From Macrostomum lignano (Eukaryota), in assembly GCA_002269645.1 (NCBI GenBank), contig NIVC01001888.1:136021-200020 (forward strand): DNA of 64,000 nt, written 5' to 3'. Positions within the stretch are counted from its first letter, which is position 1, and each line of letters starts with the position of its first letter. The notes below the pieces were generated by a model. The model had not been told where the DNA came from. It saw nothing but the letters and a program-made list of their open reading frames with translations, and searched no databases. Position numbers and translations under genes: made by a program. This document shows, one piece after another, positions 11,649 to 22,013 of the stretch.

Positions 11649-11918
11649 TCAATTAGATTGCTTCTGCGGCTGTTGATCAGCCTGGTGGAAGCCCAACTGT
11701 TCGAAGTCTTCCCGAAGCATTAGGCGCTTGTCCATTCTGCATTGAAAGTAGCGCTTAGACAGGTGCTTGCACTGCGCCTGGTCGCTGTTGTTCGCTTTCA
11801 GGCAGCGCATGTACTCCACCATCTCCGCCTTGCACTCGCCGTAGTGGTCGAGGGGGAACGAGCCCTTGTCTGGCGGCTTCACCTGCGACGGTTTCGGCAG
11901 ATTTATAAAGGACGACAT
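11649..11918 (-). CDS. COX19: Cytochrome c oxidase assembly protein COX19 (twin CX9C)
   Basis: PPDKGSFPLDHYGECK, twin CX9C and CRMDKRLM match the COX19 family. Confidence 0.95.
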   Translation of the reverse strand: MSSFINLPKPSQVKPPDKGSFPLDHYGECKAEMVEYMRCLKANNSDQAQCKHLSKRYFQCRMDKRLMLREDFEQLGFHQADQQPQKQSN

Positions 11919-12048
11919 TGTTCCTGCAATGTGCCAATCATACAGGCTGAAATCATTATGTCAACAGATTGCATAATAAATATTAATACATTTTTAATGT
12001 TCCTAATGATATCATTTGTGAAACTGAATGACAAGGTGCCATTTTTCA

Positions 12049-12282
12049 CATAAATGCGCAACACTTGGTCGAGCCAGCCGATTCAGCCAGCAAAAATGCC
12101 CACCCAAGATTCAAGAAATACAGATGTAGTAATAATTAGATGACGAGGCATTTAGACTTAATAATACTGTTATAGTTACTCCTGCCGTTTACCCAAATTT
12201 AACAAAATTTTCTTAGTTTTTTTCATAGGTAAGTCACATTTTTGGCCAAAAAGTAAGTTGCATGGCCGGTTGCGCATGTATG
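12049..12282. mobile_element. hAT-type MITE
   Basis: TIRs CATAAATGCGCAAC / GTTGCGCATGTATG with an 8-bp TSD ATTTTTCA (12041-12048, 12283-12290). Homologous to 41479-41744. Confidence 0.9.
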
Positions 12283-14739
12283 ATTTTTCATGATGCTAGC
12301 TGGCCTCAGTCAGGATATTCGAAATCAAATAAGATTCTTCTCACATGCAAAAGTTGTAGAAGATATATATACAGATTATTCAAATTTGACAGAAGTCTTG
12401 AAATTTAAATAATTGCAAGAGTTAAATAAAATTATTGATAGCTCAAATTAAATGACAATTGAGAACAAAATTCTGAGTGTCAAATTTAAAGTTGATGACA
12501 TATGCAATGATATAAAACTAGACATGGAAAGCATTGGCATAGAAATTGGCCTATTTGACATATATAAAAATATTGAATAATACCTATAAGGTATCCTCTC
12601 CTTTCCTTCTTTCTCATCAACTATTCTATCTTTGCTGTTTGTTTAATATCATTCATGCAAAATGATTTTCCTAATATGGCCTTAGCTACTAGTCATTTTG
12701 TATATTAACTATTAGTAACTAGTAACTAATAGTAAACTACTAAATAATGACTAATAGCTTTTGTATGTTAGCTACAAGTCAAAATTGTATACATGCATTA
12801 ATTTTTTAGAATTTTAAATTTACAAGTTTTAAAAACATTGTGACTTTGATAATTATACTTTTAAAATTGTCTTTTTGGCCTATTTGGCTTACATTTAAAT
12901 ACAATATAGGTAAAATAATAAATTTGTTAAAATAGAAAAAAAATTAATATAGTGACACAGTGAATACTTTTGCAAATGCAATAATATATTTATATATGCT
13001 GTTTATATAAGTACTATATTATGTCATATATATACATTATAGGCTTGTATTAAGATGTTATTCTTATTACCAATAGGCCTATTACCAAATATGTTATTGT
13101 CGAAATGACTAGTATTCTAAAGTGTCTGTGTCAATAATGTAAAATTCAAACTCAAGCACTTTTTAAACTTTCTTAGACATTCATTGACCCCTACTATATA
13201 TTTAACCAATCAAAGCAGGAAATTCTTCATTATTTAGCAGTGCTATTTAATGGTAAGAATATCTTCTATAATGGTACAAAAAGAAATTTGATAAAGAGAG
13301 CAATGGAAGAGTGGGTAGATTCTAAGGATGAAGACCTAAAAGAGATATAGGATAGTAAAGTCTAGGCTATATGATAATAAAAATTCACTTGGTCTTAGCA
13401 ATTCTTCTCTAGACTGTTGCTATAATGTAGAAAGCAGCCTTCTTGTATTTTCTTAGTTGACATTGCAATTATTTAGGTTGACATGACAACTTGACAATGA
13501 TTTGATCCACTACATTTTGTCTGCTACCTTTTCATCTACTAATTTTAAAGTAATTTTGTCCATAAATTTGGTCATTTTAAAAGCCAAATGCCAATGTGTA
13601 CTTCATACACCAAGCGCGCAAAGAAAAAAATTTGAACAATAAAGGCGCGAAGAAATAGTGGAATTTTTTACCAGAAAAGTGCACATAATGTCAGGTTTAA
13701 ATTTAGCAATGTAAACACTAGCGCCAATACTAATTTACTAAAGCTCCCACTAAGCCAAAAATTTTTAAGGAAGTTTTGCATGCACGCGCATTTTATTTTT
13801 TGCCTTCCGCGCAGAACTCGTTTTTTGTTTCTTTTGGGATGAATTTCCCCCGGGTGGTGGTTTCTGGCGTTTTCTATGAATATTAACAGAAATTTGGGTC
13901 TCAGTTAAATGTCACTAGACACAACGCAAATAAAACGGTTTATCAATATACTATATAAAACTTCGAATTTATTATAGTCTTAAACTAGCTTTATTAAGCT
14001 GACTGCAACCTAAATACCTTCAAAGCTATTTTTTAAATTCTTTTGACCGCGGCGGTTTGTTTTTCTGCTGGCAATTGTCGAGGTCCGGTACAACTCACGC
14101 AATCAAAAATGCTTATCTTAAATAAGCATTAAACTTAAAAATGTATAAATAGGTATAATAGAAGGGCTTGCACGTTGCCCATTAAATTGCCTCTGCTGAG
14201 CACACAGGGGCATAGTCTAGCTAGGGGTGGGTGGGGTCGCCTCAATCGGTTGGCAAAAGCATGTTGAACACCTTCGGGTCCATGAAAATTGCCCGCAGAC
14301 AAATTGCCCGAAGAGATTGCCTGCGAGCGAATTGCCCAAGGAGTTTTTTCCTGTCGAGGTTTGCCCGCAATGCCTTAGTAAGTCTCAATAAAGAGATTTA
14401 CCCGATCAAAACGTTTTGATAGTAACTGCAGCATAGCATATCAAATTGCATATTTTCTTGTAGGTATTTTTATATATACACGCAGGGGGTTACATCGTTC
14501 GGTGAGCTATTAATCTCTTTTTTAGACATACTAAGCATTGGGGGGGGGCAATGCAGACAGAATCTGCCACGTGGCAAAATACGCTGCAGGAAAATACATG
14601 CATTAAAGCGAGGCAAGCCTCGGCTGAAAAAATCTCACAGTGAGCAATTTACTCGCACGGTAAATTGCACTCAAGGACCTGTATGTAGCTATATACAGTG
14701 GCTAGTGGTCCTTGCGTGCGCGAGTAACGCGGTCTTTTG

Positions 14740-14880
14740 TCCTACCGGGTCAGCGGCGCCCGAGCACTTGATCCGGACAGAGCCTACTATAGCTATGTAT
14801 ACATGTACATGTACATGTACATAGCCTGCTGCCCTGAGCCGCTGCAGGATGTCCTGCTACTGACGCTGCAAGCACTGCGT
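14740..14880 (+). mobile_element. Small diverged remnant of the same LINE family, opposite orientation
   Basis: Translates ...DRAYY[microsatellite]ACCPEPLQDVLL, against AEAYCPEPLQDVLL in the adjacent LINE. Confidence 0.7.
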
Positions 14881-14953
14881 ATGTATGGTAGTGTACAGGG
14901 AAGGGCGGCTTGTACTGTTACTGTACTTGGTTGACCGACTAAATGAAATGTAA

Positions 14954-17900
14954 TAATAATAATAATAATAATAGTTACGCCCCACGCCAGCCACAGAAGT
15001 GGCCAAAAGGGGGGAGCGTAAAATCGCGCGTTTCAGAGCTAGGTCTCTAATGTGCTTCACACCGGCCGCCTGGCTGGGTGCTCACGCATCTTCAAAAAGG
15101 CGGTCGACGTAGCGGGCTGATCGTCCCTGGCCACGCCTGCGCGGTCCCTGCGGGGTCCACAGCAGGACGTCCTGCAGCGGCTCTGGGCAGTAGGCTTCGG
15201 CCCGGATGACATGTCCGGCCAGCCGCAGGCGCCGCTGACTCAGCAGGGCAGAAGGCCGCGTCAGGCCTGTGCGCTTGTACAGGGACTCGGTTGTCTCGCT
15301 GCCAGGGCCGCGGCGGGCGCCGAAAGCGGCGCGGACTAGGGCCGCATGTGCCGCGTCGAGCTGCGCCTCAAGCGCCCCGGTCAGCGTCCAGGTCTCAGCA
15401 TTGTACAGCAGGGCGGTCTCAACAACCGCCTGGAACAGCTGGGACCTGGCGTCGTCGGACAGGGCCTCGGAGAGCAGCACCGCCCGCACAGATCTTAAGG
15501 CAGCCCAGGCCTTGCCGCGCCGTCTCGCTAGGTCGTCGCCGAAGTCCGGCACCAGTCCGCCGAGGTAGACGAACTGAAGGCACTTCGGGAGCGACGTCCC
15601 GGGGCCGTCGCCGTCTCGAAGTCGAATCTCGGCGGGTAAATCATGCGGCACCGTCAGCACCTCGGTCTTCCTGGCGTTGATGACGAGACCGACCCTCGCC
15701 GCCGCTGCAGTCAAGCCGTCCAGCAGCCGTTGGGCGCCTTCGGCCGTCGAAGACAGCAGGGCGAGGTCGTCCGCGTAGCCAAGGACAGACAGTTTCTTTT
15801 CCGGGTGCCGTCTACTGGTGCGCCTTTGCAGCAGAAAGCCGTCCTCTGATGTCGGCAGGCCGGTCCTGAGCACCCAGTCCATCACCAGCACGAAGAGAAA
15901 GGGCGCCAGAGTGTCACCCTGTAGAACTCCGGACGTCGTGCTAAACAGGTCCGACGGTCCGTCTGGCGTCGCTACCGCGGCGGTGGTGTCCTGATACAGC
16001 GCCATGATGGCGGAGATCAGCTGCTGCGGCACGTTGTAGGCACGGAGAACGTGAGGCAGCGCGCCGCGCGTCACCGAGTCGAAGGCCTTGAGGAAGTCAA
16101 CAAAGATGACGATAAGGCTTGACTGGTGGATGCGCGCCTCCTCGATGATGCGGCGGAGGGCCAGGATCTGTGTCACCGTACCGCGACGGGGGCGGAACCC
16201 GTTCTGCTCGTACCGCAGGAACTAGTCCAGCACGGGCTGTAACCGTGCTAATAGCAACGGTTGAACAGCTTCGCGGTACAGGACATGAGCGAGATTCCAC
16301 GATGCTCCTCCTTCCGTGTAGTGCCCGGCTTCTTCGGGATGCCGACGATGTTGGCCTGGGTCCACTCGTGGGGCGCGGGGCCTCCCGCCAGGACGCCGTT
16401 CATCACGCGGGCCACCTCAGTGGCAACCCTTGTGACTCGCAGCGCCTCGACGGGGACCTCGTCCGGGCCGGGGGCGCGGCCTCCCGGAGCCCTGCGGGCG
16501 AATTCCACGACGTCGGTGCTGGTCACAGGACGGGTGTCGAAGTCCTCCTGCCGCGGCAGCGCCACCTCGGGGGGCAGCGGCATCTCGTTCGGCAGAGTCG
16601 GCGGCGGCGAAGAAGGTGCGCAGCTCGTTTCTGCGCTCTTCGGCCGTGTCGCCAGCCAGGTTGAGCGCCGTCTTCTTTTTGCGACCGGTTAGGGCGTTCA
16701 CGACCGGCCAGACGACCCTATTCTGCCGTTCAGGCCCAACGGAGGCGACTGCCCTGATTGCGTCGTCAACAGCGGCTTGCTGTCGACTAGCGTAGGCGTC
16801 TGCCAGGGCTTTCTCGGCATCGGATGTCGGTCGCCTGGCTCGTCGCAGCTGCTCGACTGTGCGGCGGGCCTCTCGGACCTCCGGGTCGCTCGCCCAAACC
16901 GGAAGTTGCCGTGACGCGGGCTCCATAAGCGGCAGAGTTTTAGCAGCGGCAGTGGTGATGGCTGAGCTGATTGTGGAGTAGTCTGGCGCCTGCGCAGATC
17001 CCAGGGCAGTCGCGAAGGTGTACGCAAAGTTGCTGAGGGTACCAGGGTCTTGCAAGGCGCGGAAAAATAGTCTCCTAGGGCGTTTTGGTGGCCTGTACAG
17101 CGGGTCAGAGAGCCTCAGGTCGCAGTAGAGAAGGCGATGGTCGGACCGGACAGCCAGGGGTTCCACTGTGTCACAGTTCTGCAGCCGACTGCGTTCGCGG
17201 TGTCGAACCAGCACGTGGTCAAGCTGTGCCAGGCGGGTCGTGGCGAGTCGGCCTCGCGCATTCTGTTTCCTTCGCTTGCAGCCGGCGAATGTTGCCAGCC
17301 GGTTGGGTGGTTTGCGGAAGCGCGTGTTGGCCGACACCAGGTCGAGCCTCGCCATCAGGTCCGCTAGCGCGGCGGTGTTGGCGTTCTGGCGTGGCGACAC
17401 AAACGGGCAGCGCTCGGACCGCGGTGCCACGGCGTTGAGGTCACCAAGCACCACCACAGTGTCGCGGTGCGCCACCGACTCGAGCTGCTCGGACAGGAGC
17501 TCGAAGAACTCCTGTGCCTCCTGCTGATGGGCAGCCGTGGGAGCGTACGCACAGAACAGCCGCGCATTGCAGCGGCGCAGCCTCACGTCCACGCGCAGCA
17601 GTCGGGCTGACAAGCTGACGCAGCAGACGCTCTCGCGTAGCCGTGGTCCGACGAGCGCGCCGACTCCTCCGTGGCCTCTGCTGTCCGCTGACGTGTAGTG
17701 CAGCGTCCAGCCGGCCCCCAGGTCTTCACGGTGAAGTCCAGACTCAGCAGTGATTGACAACTCCTGCAGCATGACGAGGTCTAGCCGCAGGTCAGATGCC
17801 AGCAGTGCGAGCATGCCCCTTCTCCAGGCGGACTTCAGTGTTCGGCAGTTAAAGGTGGCTAGTCTTAGAGCGCGGTTTGTAAAGGCTGGGGCCCGATGTT

Positions 17901-18281
17901 GGTGGGCCTCACGGTTCCCGGCGCCACCCGGCGGAGCCGACTGGACGGGGGTCGGCGGGTCAGAGTTGCCAGCAGACTGGCGAAGGCGGCCTTTCGTTCG
18001 TCCTCGCCGGTTGCGTTCCCTTCGCCGTTCAATGCGACGTCGGGTGCTTCGCTGTCCACGCCGTCCTCCTGTCCTGCCGCACTTAGCAGCCGCAGCACCA
18101 GGGCGCGGCTCTCCGTGTTGGCCGAGGCAAGCGCTGGGGCTCCAGCGTCACCAGGAGGCAGCGGCATTTATTTGCACCAGGGTGCATTTCTTTAGAGGTA
18201 TTTAAATTTCAAAAGTACCTTTTAAGTAAAGCATGCAATAAATTGAGTCTTCGCAGTAAGAGACCGTCTTTACGGCTTTAC
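14954..18281 (-). mobile_element. Full-length RTE-type non-LTR retrotransposon (APE endonuclease + RT) with SL at its 5' end; now inactive
   Basis: Endonuclease motifs (ATFNCRTL, LQE, LGDLNA, SDH) and RT motifs (QGDTLAP, YADD). (TAT)n tail and 9-bp TSD GAAATGTAA at 14945-14953 and 18282-18290. Frameshifts near 16590 and 16250, plus an in-frame TAG near 16225. Confidence 0.92.
18232..18275 (-). other. Genomic copy of the spliced-leader exon CCGTAAAGACGGTCTCTTACTGCGAAGACTCAATTTATTGCATG
   Basis: Matches the Macrostomum lignano SL as recalled (not database-checked). Ends in the flatworm-typical TGCATG. Followed by CT rather than a GT donor, so it is a retrocopy and not an SL RNA gene. Confidence 0.85.
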
Positions 18282-18482
18282 GAAATGTAAATAAATTTTA
18301 ATGCATGTTAGATTTGCTCACTTACATGTACGAGTATGTCTCGTAATGCAATTATGCTTAAAATAAAAATTCAACAGCCAAAAATTGTATTTTTCATTCA
18401 AACAATCAATAACTAACAAACGATAGTAATAGTAATATGATAGTACTGTACGTGCATGAGTGCATGTGTACTCAGTCAAGGC

Positions 18483-20095
18483 TTAAGCATAATCGTCGCT
18501 ATACCGCGAAGCGTTGTCATCTTCGGACAAGTCCGACAAGCGGGTCGCATTGCCGCGCAGCTTGCGCAAATCCGTGGCGGTCTCGTTCAGGCAGACCCGC
18601 TGGATATTGGTGCCGCACTCTTCGTACTCGGTCAGTAGGGCGTGCAGCTTCGGCCCGAATCGGCGCTGAGCCTCCTGCAGCCAGCGTCGGTGAAGCAGCG
18701 GCAGGTGGCGCGGCTTCTCTTCGAGTAGCTCTTCAAGCTGGCGCTGGCCTCGAGTCTCTGTGGCCAGCATTGCTCGCTCGTTGTCCATGTGCAACTGCTG
18801 GATGTTGGCAAAGTACGGGACAGCTCGTACAGTTAAGGGAATTTCCGGTTAGGCAGTTAGGGGGTCTTTCCGGTGGGACAGTTGAGGTAGTTTCCCTTGA
18901 GACAAATGAGAGACATTTTGGATGAGACAGTTAAACTGAAAGAGTAGTTTCCAGTGAGATTGTCAGAGGAGTTTCCAGAGACATTTCAGAGAAGTTCCGG
19001 TGAGACATTTCAGAGAAGTTCCGGTGAGACATTTCAGAGAATTTGCGGTGAGACATTTCAGAGAAGTTCCGGTGAGACATTTCAGAGAAGTTCCGGTGAG
19101 ACATTTCAGAGAATTTACGGTGAGACATTTCAGAGAATTTCCGGTGAGACATTTCAGAGAAGTTCCGGTGAGACATTTCAGGGAATTTCCGGTGAGACAT
19201 TTCAGAGAAGTTCCGGTGAGACATTTCAGAGAAGTTCCGGTGAGACATTTCAGAGAAGTTCCGGTGAGACATTTCAGAGAAGTTCCGGTGAGACATTTCA
19301 GAGAAGTTCCGGTGAGACATTTCAGGGAATTTCCGGTGAGACATTTCAGGGAATTTCCGGTGAGACTTTTCAGGGGATTTCCGATGAGACATTTCAGGGG
19401 ATTTCCGGTGAGACATTTCAGGGAATTTCCGGTGAGAAATTTCAGGGGATTTCCGATGAGACATTTCAGGGAATTTCCGGTGAGACATTTCAGGGGATTT
19501 CCGGTGAGACATTTCAGGGGATGTCTCGTGAGACATTTCAGGGAATTGCTGGTGAGGCAGTTGGGGTTTTCGGTGAGCAATTTCAAAGAATTTCCGGTGA
19601 GAAGTTTGGGACTTTCAGAGAATTCGACTTCCATGCAGTAATAAAACTTCAAATCGCCGACATAAAAGCTGACATCTAGCAAGAGCAATATCTCGTGCCT
19701 ATCAGGCGGGAACTACAATCATGCGATAAGCAGCAAGCTGCGGCTCACATCCTGCTGTGTTCCTACGCCTTGCAGCACGCGGTCGGCCCTCTCAAACAGC
19801 CGGTCGTAGCTGTCCCATTCGTCGAACATAGTATAGGCGAAATACTCTGGATAAGACAGTATAAAAAGCGCCAGAACGAAGAAGGTGCCGTACAACGCAA
19901 AGAACAGCAGATAAGGACTGTGCCAGATCTTCAGGGTGACAGTTTCTTCAATGTAATTCTGCACAAATTCCGTACTTAATAGTATCTGCTGGGCTACAGA
20001 TTCCATTTTGCATTCGCGCTTGTAGCACATGCTTGAGTTGGCAGTACTCCAGCAGGAACAGGTTGCAGAGATGACAGCTCGATAACAGCCAGCAG
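18483..20095 (-). CDS. Probable spliced gene for a small membrane protein of unknown family (exons about 20095-19747 and about 18800-18483)
   Basis: Two non-repetitive ORFs flank a repeat-filled intron, with a GTGAGC donor near 19746. Cys-rich N-part and one hydrophobic segment (YLLFFALYGTFFVLALFILSY). The acceptor and start are uncertain. Confidence 0.5.
18950..19620. repeat. 24-bp intronic minisatellite (gagacatttcagagaagttccggt)
   Basis: Direct periodicity. Confidence 0.95.
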
Positions 20096-20309
20096 ACTTA
20101 GATTTGCTTTATTTTATACATAAAAGATTGAATTTTGGGTATAGCGAGTTATCAATTCGAGTCGGTAAGTTCAATTTCCAGATGCTGTTCGACATCTCTT
20201 CTGTTGTCTATGGCTAAAACCACTCGTATTTCGCCGGCTTTTTTCACCGCCAATTTCTCTGCTCAAGTTGAACGATAAACAAAACAGTTTCTCTTGAAGT
20301 TGAGTAAGG

Positions 20310-21065
20310 CCACAGATACTAAAATAACTACGGTAGATGGGTTACTCAGGTATATGTACATATGTAACAGCTTTCTACTTTCAGTTCAGTAGCAATGAAG
20401 AATACATAAGCTATTTTATAAAAAAAGGCAGTTGAAACTACTGTGATAGGTTTAGAAGCCCAAGCTTGCATGCGTAAACAACTTGCTAATTGGTTCAGCA
20501 GTAATGTACATTAGCCAGTCCACTGTACACAGTGTCGAAAGGCTCAGTTGGAGCGTTTGGGCTGGGGGTTATTTTTTTATTAGAGGCAGGGGGGTTGTAT
20601 GCACCCTGGTGCACTTTAAGCGACATAGGCACACAACCGGCGAGAGGCATTACTGCCCATTCCCCCCGACTCCCCTGAGCAGGCATACAAGCGCGCCGAT
20701 ACGTACGCAGTCACACACACAGGAGTGTACAGCGGCCCTAACTTTATATTATCGTTAGGCATGTACACTTCACTGCGCCTTGGGGGGTTGGCTCTCAAGG
20801 CCGTTAATTGCACGAGCAGAGCCAAGCCGAGATTCCAATTCAGCCCCAAATTAATGTGACTGCACTTGGATTCGAGCCTGGGTCGCTGGCACACCAGAGC
20901 CTGCGCTACCGCTGGGCTTACGGCTGGAGGTTAGGAGCCAATAAATAAGCCTTGGCTTTAAAAATACATTAAAATGCTTCTGTTCAACTTACTACTGAGC
21001 TGAAAGTAGTTTACATGCAAATGTGCTGAGTGGCCCATCTAGTTATTTTAGTATATGTGAGTAAG
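20310..21065. mobile_element. Degenerate TIR element hosting a SINE; related fragments near 34220-34430 and 42245-42440
   Basis: 20310-20420 and 20960-21065 are imperfect inverted copies (atactaaaataacta; ttcagttcagtagcaatgaagaatac). Confidence 0.55.
20572..20921 (-). mobile_element. tRNA-derived SINE
   Basis: A-box-like agcccagcgg, B-box ggctcgaatcc, A-rich tail, and a 12-bp TSD with 1 mismatch (20560-20571, 20922-20933). Confidence 0.75.
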
Positions 21066-21724
21066 ACTAACCTTACAGGGCCTGTACATACATAATTCTA
21101 ACAGGCGAACCTGCCTCTGTAACATGTACATGGAATCCTTTGCTTATTCTGTAATGGGAACTTCTGACATCTTATAGACTTTGTTTTTATTCCCACAGCA
21201 TGGTGAGAAATTAGTGACAGACAAGCAAACGCGGGAATAGATCAGAAATTTGATTCACATGGAGCGAAGGCTCGCACAAGAACAGCCGCACAGTTTGAAG
21301 CATGCTGTTTGTATTAGAAAAGATTTTGTAACTAACGATACTCATGGCGGATAAGGAAATGCATTCAGCAAACCCTACTTGAAATTACCTTAATAATTGA
21401 ACAAACTAATTGAGTTAAAATAACACCGGAACATAGATTAGGTAAACTAACGTTACTACTAGCAGCGAGGGACAGCAGTAGCTAATGATGCATTCGAGTT
21501 TTTGCAATGGCTGGACTTGCACAATTTTGGAAACTTAAAAAACCAACTGCCATACCGAACAGAGTGACGCAAAAGTTTGTTAAGGAAAGCTACACTAATA
21601 TGTATATATATATAGTAGAGTAAAACTTACTTCTATCGTACAGAGTAGTTAGTCCAAGCTTACTGCTGCCAACACAATTGAGGCTTAGTAGGGGATAGAG
21701 ACAGACACTAAGATAGGCAATAAG

Positions 21725-21852
21725 ACAGACAGACAGACAGACAGATAGACAGACAAACAGATGGGCAGACAAACAGACAGAAGACAGACAGACAGACAGA
21801 CAGGCAGGCAGACAGACAGACAGGCAGGCAGGCAGAAGACAGGCAGACAGGC

Positions 21853-21925
<73 letters not shown>

Positions 21926-22005
21926 GGCAGGCAGACAGACAGACAGGCAGGCAGGCAGAAGACAGGCAGACAGGCAGACAGACAGGCAGACAGACAGGCA
22001 GGTAG
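21725..22005. repeat. (CAGA/CAGG)n microsatellite at the PRP19 3' end
   Basis: Direct observation. Confidence 0.95.
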
Positions 22006-22013
22006 ACAGAGGC

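Noticed and set aside
18232-18275. A functional SL RNA gene
   Set aside because: The exon is followed by CT, not a GT donor. No SL intron or Sm site is evident, and it lies inside the LINE TSD.
18931-19688. ETFQRSSG / MSHRKFPE repeat ORFs
   Set aside because: 24-bp minisatellite open in multiple frames.
18173-20613. Shared 14-bp near-palindrome tgcaccagggtgca in the LINE 5' leader and the SINE tail as evidence of a LINE-SINE partnership
   Set aside because: The two copies are in opposite orientations, the match does not extend, and partner SINEs share LINE 3' ends rather than 5' ends.
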